Shown: one piece after another, positions 32,365 through 43,921 of the stretch
Numbering within the stretch: the stretch's first letter is position 1
Layout of the letters: the number at the start of each line of letters is the position of its first letter
From: Macrostomum lignano
Lineage: Eukaryota
DNA: 64,000 nucleotides
NCBI GenBank assembly: GCA_002269645.1
Contig: NIVC01000761.1
Location: 62,001 to 126,000 of the forward strand
Direction: 5' to 3'
The notes under the pieces: generated by a model
Told to the model about the DNA's origin: nothing
Databases searched by the model: none
Seen by the model: only the letters and a program-made list of their open reading frames with translations
Translations under genes and position numbers: made by a program

Positions 32365-32690
32365 GAATGGCGCCTCTCACCTGTAAAACACATGGGAATG
32401 GCGCCTCTCACCTGTTAGAAAACGTGGGAATGGCGCCTCTCACCTGTAAAACACATTGGAATGGCGCCTCTCACCTGTAAAACACATTGGAATGGCGCCT
32501 CTCACCTGTTAGAAAACGTGGGAATGGCGCCTCTCACCTTTAAAACACATGGGAATGGCGCCTCTCACCTGTTATAAAACGTGGGAATGGCGTCTCTCAC
32601 CTGTAAAACACATTGGAATGGCGCCTCTCACCTGTTAGAAAACGTGGGAATGGCGCCTCTCACCTGTAAAACACATGGGAATGGCGCTTC
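32365..32690. repeat. ~32-bp minisatellite GGAATGGCGCCTCTCACCTGT-x
   Basis: Tandem array; copies at 34286-34611 and 37029-37370. Confidence 0.92.
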
Positions 32691-32692
32691 CT

Positions 32693-32867
32693 AGGCATGT
32701 ACACTTCACTGTGCCTTAAGGGGTTGGCCCTCAAGCCCATTAATTGCACGAGCAGAGCCAAGCCGAGATTCCAATTTAGCCCCAAATTAGTACGACTGCA
32801 CTTGGAATCGAGCCTGGGCCGCTGGCTTATCGGAGCGCCGCACCAGACCACTGGTCTAGGAGCAGCC
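32693..32867 (-). mobile_element. tRNA-derived SINE-like element (duplicate at 34614-34788)
   Basis: Minus strand reads GGCTGCT-cc-TAGACCAGTGG (A box, 32858-32848)...GGCTCGATTCC (B box, 32814-32804)...TGCAGTC, which pairs with the 5' GGCTGC. The body is dispersed to 25785-25904. Confidence 0.55.
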
Positions 32868-33189
32868 TTGCATGCCAGAGAAAGTTTTGCTCCATAATTA
32901 CGCAATTAATGCTCTATAATTGCAGTGCTCAGAGCCAGTTAAACATCACTTTGTCTGGTCTTGCATCGGCTATTCAGTCCTGCCATTCAGAATGGAAACA
33001 TCAACTCAGAGTGGAATAGCTGAAGTGAATGCTTTCGCTTGCATCTGCAAAGTACTGCTCTGTCAAGGTGGTCTCAGAATAGAAATTGGAGTCATGGTTT
33101 AAGTAAGTCTTCTCATTCCAAGATGAGATGTTAACTATGACTTGGCCGTGTCAAATGCAGCTTGTATTGAGTTAGTAGACACTCCTGTC

Positions 33190-33588
33190 ACTTAGGTGGA
33201 CACCTGTATCTCTTACATGTAGGTAGACACCCCCTGTTTCTTAGGTGGACAATACCGGTCTCTTTTGTGGACACCCCATGTCTCTTAGTTGAACAATCCA
33301 TGCCTCTTAGGTGGAAAATCTCTGTCTCTTAGGTGGACACCCCTGTCTCTTATGTGGACACCCCTGTCTCTTATGTGGACACCCCTGTCTCTTATGTGGA
33401 CACCCCTGTCTCTTATGTGGACACCCCTGTCTCTTATGTGGACACCCCTGTCTCTTATGTGGACACCCCTGTCTCTTATGTGGACACCCCTGTCTCTTAT
33501 GTGGACACCCCTGTCTCTTATGTGGACACCCCTGTCTCTTATGTGGACACCCCTGTCTCTTATGTGGAAAACCCTGTCTCTTTTAACT
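33190..33588. repeat. 21-bp minisatellite GTGGACACCCCTGTCTCTTAT
   Basis: Tandem array, homogeneous in 33330-33560. Confidence 0.95.
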
Positions 33589-33612
33589 AGATAGACAGAC
33601 AGACAGACAGAC

Positions 33613-33647
<35 letters not shown>

Positions 33648-33656
33648 CACAGACAC

Positions 33657-33719
<63 letters not shown>

Positions 33720-33728
33720 CACAGACAC

Positions 33729-33767
<39 letters not shown>

Positions 33768-33801
33768 CTAAGACAGACAGACAGACAGACAGACAGCTCA
33801 C

Positions 33802-33969
33802 CAAATAGTTGATGTTGGCACCCTGAGGGTAGGCGGACGTTCTCAGCCGGTTATGAGCTCTGGCCGCCTCCGTCTTCTGCTCGGGTGTGAGCATCAATCC
33901 AGTGACCAGGTGACTCCAGACGCCCAGCAGCAGCAGGGCCGGAACTCGAATCATCAGCAGCTCCATCAT
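33802..33969 (-). CDS. Duplicated exon 1 of the CAP gene (signal peptide + start of CAP domain)
   Basis: Identical to 31881-32048, with intact ATG and GTGAG donor. Confidence 0.8.
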
Positions 33970-34109
33970 GTTGCCGAGCGACAGCTGGGGGCGCTGGCTG
34001 GATCGCAGCAGCCTAAAATAGGCTCTCAGTTTGGCCAAGATTTCCAGCTGCCGCTGATTGGCAGAGACGAGAAGACGGGGGCGCCGATGTCTGTGTAGAG
34101 TTTTCTGCC

Positions 34110-34123
34110 GTCTCCATGGCAAC
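34110..34123. promoter_or_regulatory. Duplicate RFX X-box
   Basis: GTCTCCATGGCAAC in the second copy of the duplication. Confidence 0.55.
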
Positions 34124-35109
34124 CTGCAATTATACAGCGGCGGCATGATTTTTATTGCTTTCTAAAAGTCCCTAGCCGACAAAGTCTGGGCAAGGACTAC
34201 ACAGACCCAGGACTTGGAGCAGCAACTCTTTTCCAATGCCCAACCCTTCAAATTTCCCCGGACACTTTAGTCTATTTACACATTGGAATGGCGCCTCTCA
34301 CCTGTAAAACACATGGGAATGGCGCCTCTCACCTGTTAGAAAACGTGGGAATGGCGCCTCTCACCTGTAAAACACATTGGAATGGCGCCTCTCACCTGTA
34401 AAACACATTGGAATGGCGCCTCTCACCTGTTAGAAAACGTGGGAATGGCGCCTCTCACCTTTAAAACACATGGGAATGGCGCCTCTCACCTGTTATAAAA
34501 CGTGGGAATGGCGTCTCTCACCTGTAAAACACATTGGAATGGCGCCTCTCACCTGTTAGAAAACGTGGGAATGGCGCCTCTCACCTGTAAAACACATGGG
34601 AATGGCGCTTCCTAGGCATGTACACTTCACTGTGCCTTAAGGGGTTGGCCCTCAAGCCCATTAATTGCACGAGCAGAGCCAAGCCGAGATTCCAATTTAG
34701 CCCCAAATTAGTACGACTGCACTTGGAATCGAGCCTGGGCCGCTGGCTTATCGGAGCGCCGCACCAGACCACTGGTCTAGGAGCAGCCTTGCATGCCAGA
34801 GAAAGTTTTGCTCCATAATTACGCAATTAATGCTCTATAATTGCAGTGCTCAGAGCCAGTTAAACATCACTTTGTCTGGTCTTGCATCGGCTATTCAGTC
34901 CTGCCATTCAGAATGGAAACATCAACTCAGAGTGGAATAGCTGAAGTGAATGCTTTCGCTTGCATCTGCAAAGTACTGCTCTGTCAAGGTGGTCTCAGAA
35001 TAGAAATTGGAGTCATGGTTTAAGTAAGTCTTCTCATTCCAAGATGAGATGTTAACTATGACTTGGCCGTGTCAAATGCAGCTTGTATTGAGTTAGTAGA
35101 CACTCCTGT

Positions 35110-36597
35110 CACTTAGGTGGACACCTGTATCTCTTACATGTAGGTAGACACCCCTGTTTCTTAGGTGGACAATACCGGTCTCTTTTGTGGACACCCCATG
35201 TCTCTTAGTTGAACAATCCATGCCTCTTAGGTGGAAAATCTCTGTCTCTTAGGTGGACACCCCTGTCTCTTATGTGGACACCCCTGTCTCTTATGTGGAC
35301 ACCCCTGTCTCTTATGTGGACACCCCTGTCTCTTATGTGGACACCCCTGTCTCTTATGTGGACACCCCTGTCTCTTATGTGGACACCCCTGTCTCTTATG
35401 TGGACACCCCTGTCTCTTATGTGGACACCCCTGTCTCTTATGTGGACACCCCTGTCTCTTATGTGGACACCCCTGTCTCTTATGTGGAAAACCCTGTCTC
35501 TTTTAACTGGACACCCCATGTCTCCTAGGTGCTAGGTGGACACCCCTGTCTCCTAAGTGGACAATCTCTGTCTCCTAAGTGGACAATCTCTGTCTCCTAG
35601 GTGGACAATCCATGTCTCTTAGGTGGACAATCTCTGTCTCCTAGGTGGACAATCCCTGTCTCCTAGGTGGACAATCCATGTCTCTTAGGTGGACAATCTC
35701 TGTCTCCTAGGTGGACAATCCCTGTCTCCTAGGTGGACAATCTCTGTCTCCTAGGTGGACAATCCCTGTCTCCTAGGTGGACAATCTCTGTCTCCTAGGT
35801 GGACAATCCCTGGCTCTTAGGTGGAAAATCTCTGTCTTCTAGGTGGACAATCCCATTCTCCTAGGTGGACAATCCCTGTCTCCTAGGTGGACACCCCTGT
35901 CTCTTATGTGGAAAACCCTGTCTCTTAACTGGACACCCCATGTCTCCTAGGTGCTAGGTGGACACCCCTGTCTCTTATGTGGAAAACCCTGTCACTTTTA
36001 ACTGGACACCCCATGTCTCCTAGGTGCTAGGTGGACACCCCTGTCTCCTAAGTGGACAATCTCTGTCTCCTAAGTGGACAATCTCTGTCTCCTAGGTGGA
36101 CAATCCATGTCTCTTAGGTGGACAATCTCTGTCTCCTAGGTGGACAATCCCTGTCTCCTAGGTGGACAATCCCTGTCTCCTAGGTGGACAATCCCTGTCT
36201 CTTAGGTGGACAATCCCTGTCTCCTAGGTGGACAATCCCTGTCTCTTAGGTGGACAATCTCTGTCTCCTAGGTGGACAATCCCTGTCTCCTAAATGGACA
36301 ATCCATGTCTCTTAGGGAAACCCCTGTCTCTTAGGGGTGGACAACCGGTCTGTTAGGTGGACAACCCCTGTCTCCTAGGTGGACAATCCCTGTCTCCTAA
36401 ATGGACAATCCATGTCTCTTAGGGAAACCCCTGTCTCTTAGGGGTGGACAACCGGTCTGTTAGGTGGACAACCCCTGTCTCCTAGGTGGACAATCCCTGT
36501 CTCTTAGGGCAACCCCTGTCTCTTAGGGCAACCCCTGTCTCTTAGGGGTGGACAACCTGTCTGTTAGGTGGACAACCCCTGTCTCCTAGGTGGACAC
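35110..36597. repeat. GTGGACA(CC/AT)CCTGTCTC(T/C)TAG minisatellite array
   Basis: Long 21-22-bp array with variant blocks. Confidence 0.95.
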
Positions 36598-37028
36598 CAC
36601 ATACGTCTTTCTTTGACACCTTCTGGTTCTTTGGTGAACGAATTTTAAGGTCAATGCACTTTTTGTGGGCGATTGTCGGACCAACACTCCAGATGCTGCT
36701 CCAGTGCTCCCTGACTCAGCCTCCCTCTTGTCCCATCAGACAATTGCCACCCGTTATGTCCACCTGACGCCAACAAGTCTGACAGAGAGCAGAAATATTA
36801 CACTTAATAATTGTCTGTCAAACAAAATGCCAGAACTCTCGTTGCGTTCCCAGCTTATCCTCTGCTCCTCTTCCCTTTTTACCGAGAGGGATTTTTTGTA
36901 AAACTACATCCCGCAGGCTGCCACATTTAGATTTGGTACACGAGAACTGCTAATTTTACTAATAAAACCTTAAAACTATCTTGCTTTCTTCTTTTGTATC
37001 GGCTTTAAATATAAGTACACAAAAATAA

Positions 37029-37370
37029 TGGCGCCTCTCGCACCTGTTAGAAAACGTGGGAATGGCGCCTCTCACCTTTGAGAACACATGGGAATGGCGC
37101 CTCTCACCTGCTTAGAACACATGGGAATGGCGCCTCTCACCTGTGAGAAGACATGGGAATGGCGCCTCTCACCTGTTTAGAACACATGGGAATGGCGCCT
37201 CTCACCTGTTTAGAACACATGGGAATGGCGCCTCTCACCTGTTTAGAACACATGGGAATGGCGCCTCTCACCTGTTTAGAACACATGGGAATGGCGCCTC
37301 TCACCTGTTTAGAACACATGGGAATGGCGCCTCTCACCTGTTTAGAACACATGGGAATGGCGCCTCTCAT
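37029..37370. repeat. 33-bp minisatellite GGGAATGGCGCCTCTCACCTGTTTAGAACACAT
   Basis: Tandem array with no unique spacers. Confidence 0.93.
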
Positions 37371-38567
37371 GTGTTCGAGACATGTAAGTTGCGCCTGTTA
37401 AGTGGTTCCTCGCACCTGTTAGATCTGATAGCGTTAGCGTATTATGCTTGAGTCGAAGTCTCAAGCATACTAAAAACTAAATGGGAGGAATTTTTTAGAC
37501 AATTAATTCTAGTTAATTGGTGCACTAATTAGTGACTGTCTCCAATTAATTTGACCAGAGAACATCAATTTTCTTTCGTCTAACGACAATTGATGAGGAG
37601 GTCAAAGCTGTCAAAAGCTTATGCACGCTAAATTAAATTCAATACTGTAGCTACTGAGATCTGAGATGACTGATGACAGATGACAGGTAGGAGATGAGAA
37701 ATGACAGATAATAGATGAGAGTTTATAGATAAGGATGAGAGATTAGAGATTAGGGATGATATATTTGAGATGAAATATAATAGAGAAGAGAGAAGAGAGG
37801 AGAGAGAAGAGAGGAGAGAGGAGATATGAGAGATGAGAGAGGAGATATGAGAGAGGAGAGAGGACAGAGGAGAGAGGAGGACGAAGTACAAAGGAGAGAG
37901 GCTAGGAAGGGGGGGGAGAGCTCAGGCAGAGGAGGAGTGCAGCTAACAGACATTGCCAGAGCACAGCAGACCACAGCAGACCACATCAGACACCAGCCAA
38001 GTTACCGGACCCCCAAATTAAAGCTTCACGGACATTGCTAGAAGTCCAGATGGACCCAGCTCAGAGCCCATCATAATCTGTACAAATCTGTACTGAAAAA
38101 TAAATCTAAAAATTGGTCCTTTTCGGTAGAGAGAGAAAGACGTGACCTCTCCACGCCACCCCTCGATTGCGGTGCGTCATAAACGGGGTTTATTATCAAC
38201 GCTACGTGCCAAGCTGGAGCAAAAGTCTACAGCGTGAGATGCAGAGAATTAAAATGGAATATTTCTAGGCACGATGCCTTAAGCTTTTTTATCCCAAATT
38301 GTAGCTACAGAGTCGTGGGAGTCCACTTTTTGTTATACGAATTAATGAATAAGTGCAGTTGGCATGGCTGAGTAAATTCTGCATCAAGTAAAGAGCAATT
38401 TTCTATTAACTGACGAACTCCAAGCTCTGGACTTTTCAGGCATTTAGTATGCTCGTTAGTTGTTAGGGGGCTAGGGGGACACTATGAGCACACGCTATTC
38501 GCATTCACAGTGGTCCTGAATTTCTCATTACACACTCCTACATACAGGCACATTAAATGGAAATAGC

Positions 38568-38825
38568 GCTAGAAATGGCGCTGGAAATGGCGCTAGAGAT
38601 GGCGCTAGAGGTAGCGCTAGAAATGGCGCTAGAAATGGCGCTGGAAATGGCGCTAGAGTTGGCGCTAAAAATGGCACTAGAAACGGCACTAGAAATGGCG
38701 CTACAGGTGGCGCTAGAAATGGCGCTAGAAATGGCACTAGAGTTGGCGCTAGAAAAAAGGCACTTGAGTTGGCGCTAGAAATGGCGCTACAAACTGGCGC
38801 CAGAAAATTATCATTGGCGCTAAAA
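38568..38825. repeat. 12-bp minisatellite AAATGGCGCTAG
   Basis: Tandem array. Confidence 0.88.
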
Positions 38826-39129
38826 GTCTCGTTTCCATGAAGAAGCATCGTTAATTCTAAAAGCCATTTAATTTGCTGCTTCCTGTCAACCATTTCCACA
38901 ACAATGGCCAGGCCGTGCGGGGACAAAACACCAAAGCAGCCAAGCTGCTGCATTCACTTTCACATCTTGCAGCTGCAGGCTTCCGCCGAGCACTCGGCAA
39001 CAACGGTTTGCTGGGCAAAATGCAAGAATTTCTCTATCGCCCTTCATCTGCTGCACTCAGCCTCTCTCCGCTCAATTGCTAGAAATTCTGCCGTTCTTGC
39101 ATGTTTATGTCTCTTTCTCTGCATTTGTC

Positions 39130-39490
39130 TCCTGCTCCCTAAATCTCTCTCCCTACATCTCTCTCCTTACATCTTTCCCTACATCTCTCTCCCTACATCT
39201 CTCTCCTTACATCTATCTCCCTACATCTCTCTCCCTACATCGCTCTACTTTCATCTATCTCCCTACATCTCTCTCCTTACATCTCTCTCCCTACACCTAT
39301 CTCTCACTAAATCTCTATCAACAGCTCTTTCCCTACATCTATCTCTCCCTACAACTCTCTCTCTACATCTAGACATCTCCTTACATCTCTCTCTTTACAT
39401 CTCTCTCTACATGCCTCTCCCTACGTATCTCTCCCGACATCCCTCTACCCCGACATCAATATCTCCCTACATCGCTCGCCCTAAATCTCT
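39130..39490. repeat. Degenerate CTCCCTACATCT repeat
   Basis: Pyrimidine-rich tandem units. Confidence 0.8.
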
Positions 39491-39835
39491 CTTTACATGT
39501 CTCTCCGTAGGTAGGTCAATGGTTGGCATCGCCCACTTCTCTCTCTCGCCTCAGCTGCGCCCGCTGCTCCCGCTCCCTGCACGCCCGCCTCTTCCCCTTT
39601 CTCTATCCGTTTCTGCATTTTTCATCGCTTTTTACAAGAAAAAGATAATGCAATATTCATCATTCTACAAGTTATAGATTGAAGCCAACGTGTAAGCACT
39701 TTTTTAGAATTATTTTGTCAGAAACACTAGCAAAAAAATACATAGACCTCAAGCTAGCTGCATTCTATGTGAATTTTGTTCTTAGTTTAGCTGTGTATTG
39801 CAAAATTTCAGGAGAGGATGAACGAACAGTCATAG

Positions 39836-40241
<406 letters not shown>

Positions 40242-40964
40242 AGCAGAAAGCAGCAATTCTGCTCTCAAAGAAGCAGAATAAAAGGAAGCCGACAGAGAAT
40301 TAATGGCCCGGCAAGGACGCACAGAAAGAGAAAGTGTTCAGCAAACATTACGAGAAGAAACACAGCTGCTAGGAAGGTGGGTTGGTTTGCAGTCGGCAAT
40401 TAGCAATTTCATTCATTGTCTTTAAGGTCGGGAAGAGAGGCGGCTTTCTTTGAGAGCGGCTGGTGGCTGCGGTAGAGCTGGAGAACGCGTCTGAGAAAGC
40501 AGACGGTTGCACGCTGCGAGCTGCTCCGCCAGTCCGCCAGTGGGGCTCTGCAGATCCGGGACTGGAATGAAAGAACAATAATTACATTGTTCACGACGAA
40601 GTCAGTCACAATGGATGGAGAGGGAAGGAAGTTGATTACAAAAAAGCTGCATAGTAAGTGATTACAATAGACGCGAAGGGAAAGTTCATGTATAGCTGTC
40701 TGTCTACTCTTGGTAGAGATAGGGATGGATTGAATGAGGGTAAGAGGGGTGGAGTACGAAATGGTTTGTTAATGATTTATAAAACTGCCTGTCAATTAAT
40801 TTTACAATCGCAGCTGTGCTTGCCCTCTTGCCCTGGTTGAAACGTCGATGTCTCGCAGACAAAAGTGCTAAAATTAATCGATTGCATTGAATCCGTGATC
40901 AGTTTTTGGAGACTGAGTAATGAGGCATTCCTGAAACTTAGTGCTTAAGTGACCAACCCCCAAG

Positions 40965-41778
40965 GCAGGGTGAGAGCGGGTAGACAAGGTAGGGTGAGAG
41001 TGGGTAGACAAGGGATGGTGAGAGCGGGTAGACAAGGGATGGTGAGAGTGGGTAGACAAGGTAGGGTGAGAGTGGGTAGACAAGGGATGGTGAGAGTGGG
41101 TAGACAAGGTAGGGTGAGAGTGGGTAGACAAGGTAGGGTGAGAGTGGGTAGACAAGGGATGGTGAGAGCGGGTAGACAAGGGATGGTGAGAGTGGGTAGA
41201 CAAGGTAGGGTGAGAGTGGGTAGACAAGGGATGGTGAGAGTGGGTAGACAAGGTAGGGTGAGAGTGGGTAGACAAGGTAGGGTGAGAGTGGGTAGACAAG
41301 GGATGGTGAGAGCGGGTAGACAAGGGATGGTGAGAGTGGGTAGACAAGGTAGGGTGAGAGTGGGTAGACAAGGGATGGTGAGAGTGGGTAGACAAGGTAG
41401 GGTGAGAGTGGGTAGACAAGGTAGGGTGAGAGTGGGTAGACAAGGGATGGTGAGAGCGGGTAGACAAGGGATGGTGAGAGTGGGTAGACAAGGTAGGGTG
41501 AGAGTGGGTAGACAAGGTAGGGTGAGAGTGGGTAGACAAGGTAGGGTGAGAGTGGGTAGACAAGGTAGGGTGAGAGTGGGTAGACAAGGGATGGTGAGAG
41601 CGGGTAGACAAGGTAGGGTGAGAGTGGGTAGACAAGGTAGGGTGAGAGTGGGTAGACAAGGTAGGGTGAGAGTGGGTAGACAAGGGAGGGTGGGAGCGGG
41701 TAGACAAGGGAGGGTGGGAGCGGGTAGACAAGGGAGGGTGGGAGCGGGTAGACAAGGGAGGGTGGGAGCGGGTAGACA
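40965..41778. repeat. 24-bp minisatellite GGTAGACAAGG(GAT/TAG)GGTGAGAG(T/C)G
   Basis: Tandem array with patterned variants. Confidence 0.96.
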
Positions 41779-42404
41779 GGGAGGATGGGAACGTGAGGAA
41801 GGAAAAAATGGGGGTGATGAGTGATGAGCAGGAACGATGATCGCATTGAAGAGCCACTGTCAGTTGTCAATGTCAGTTGTCAACCAGTCAGCCTAATAGT
41901 CGGGGATGGCAATAATGGCTAAAATTGATAAAGCATTAATGAGGAATTGTTGTGGAAGCAGATGAACGGCTGCTGGGGGGGGGGGTGGGCACCATTGAGA
42001 CTGAGAACAAAAGAGACTACAGGTGTACAGATAGACAGACAAGCTCAGAAGTTTCTGGCTTATGACTTTGTGTCGCCTCTAGGAGGAAGTGTTAATGCTT
42101 CGTTGGGCGCATGTGTGATGCTTTTTCAAACATTTCCCATTTTCCTAAAGAGGATCAGTGAAATACCCAATATATATCCTAACTAGTGCAGTAAAAAGTC
42201 TTACAAAAAAGTTGTCTGGATGCCTAAAGCTTTTCTTTAAATAGTACTAACTTTGCCAGTAGTATGACGAGAAAGTGTTAGTACATTTGGTAAAATATTT
42301 TTTTATATTTAATATTATGAAGTTCTATTTCACAAGCACAGTATTTGCTCAGCTCATTCTTTTCATTTGTCATCGTCACAAAGTTATTATCTCACTGTTT
42401 CCAA

Positions 42405-42725
42405 GATCCAATCTCACTATCTCTCAGATCCCATCTCATTGTCTTTCCAAATCTCCCATCTCACTGTGTCCCCAAATCTCCCATCTCACTGTCCTCCCAA
42501 TTCTCCCATGCATCTCACTGTCTCCCCAAATCTCCCATCTCACTGTCCTCCCAAATCTCCCATGCATCTCACTGTCTCCCCAAATCTCCCATCTCCCTGT
42601 CTCCCCAAATCTCCCATGCATCTCACTGTCTCCCCAAATCCCCCATCTCCCTGTCTCCCCAAATATCCCATCTCCCTGTTTCCCAAATCTCCTATCTTCC
42701 TGTCTCCTCAAATCTCTCATCTCAC
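42405..42725. repeat. Degenerate CCCAAATCTCCCATCTCACTGT repeat
   Basis: Diverged tandem units. Confidence 0.8.
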
Positions 42726-43921
42726 TGCGAATGGCCTCTCCTAGCTTCAATCTCAGTTTTACTTGAGTCTTTAATCGCTTTCTAAAATAAAAAGAAGCTT
42801 TAAGAGTCACATTGGCCACGGTTAAAAATTCAATTAACAGACCAGGAAATTCGATCCAAAATCCATTAGTTTTCTTACTTACTGAACCAAGGAAGGACAA
42901 GGGATAAGGATAGCTGAGAATCGAACTGGACTGGAAACAAGGCAAACCAACAGAAAGCCCATACACAACTAACACAACATAAGCTTAATTGATATGGATT
43001 ATGATCTAGCAAACAATAATTCTATTCTAGAATGTCGAGAATGCAACCTGTAGCAAAAAAGAGAAAAGGAACAAGATGGAGCCCTTTACTGTATGCGGAC
43101 TGACCTACGCAATGTATTGTGGTTAAAATTTTAGTAGCTAATAGAATTAAAAAGAAAACTACGAGTATAAACATTATATTTTATTTAGAGCGATTAACAA
43201 GAATCACGATTAAATTGAACAGCGTAAGAAACGAAAACAAACTGGGCTAACATTCTAACGGAGAGGGCCCAGCCACTTACGTGTACGCTCGTATTATTTA
43301 ATTTAGTTTAATAATCCATGTACTTTAATTAAATAACAGGGGTTGGGGTGGTGGGTGCACTGATAACGGACGGGGGAGTCAGGGGGACGAGGGACAGACA
43401 GAAAAACAAGACGGGGCAAAGTGATAAGGCCAATGGGGTTAGAAAAATAGGTGGCTGGCGCGCGCGCGCAGAGGGGTAAGCGGGAGGGTTCATGCAAGAA
43501 AATCGATAAAATTCATGCAAGAATGTCCACATCCACCACACCGAAAAAGAGACCTCAATTATCGTCTGAATTCCGTTAAGCGACCGCTGTGCGATCAGCA
43601 CAGTCGATCAGTGCAGATTTCACTTTCCAAGAAAGCAGTGATTGGAGGTGAGGGCCTTTCCAATCCAGACGCAACAGCAGTCCTTGTACTTCAAAGCCCC
43701 CGGCCGATCCCGCTCACTCAATTCCTCTCCTCCCCTCGTCAAATTGGAAGCGAGCTGAGGGACTCCATTTTAAAAGTTGCTGATCTTCAATTGGCTACAA
43801 AACATCTCAAGTTAAAACAACTTTGTAAGTTCCACGTTTTTAAGACCCAGCCTTTTTAAAAAAATAATTCCTAATTTGCTAGATTCATATTGTTGCAAAA
43901 ATAAACCTCAAACAGCCCACA

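Noticed and set aside
32795-32867. Functional tRNA gene
   Set aside because: The T-arm and anticodon stems have mismatches, the B box is altered, and the sequence continues into a dispersed repeat body.
33190-37370. CRISPR-like appearance of the 21-33 bp arrays
   Set aside because: No unique spacers, no cas genes, and a eukaryotic context.
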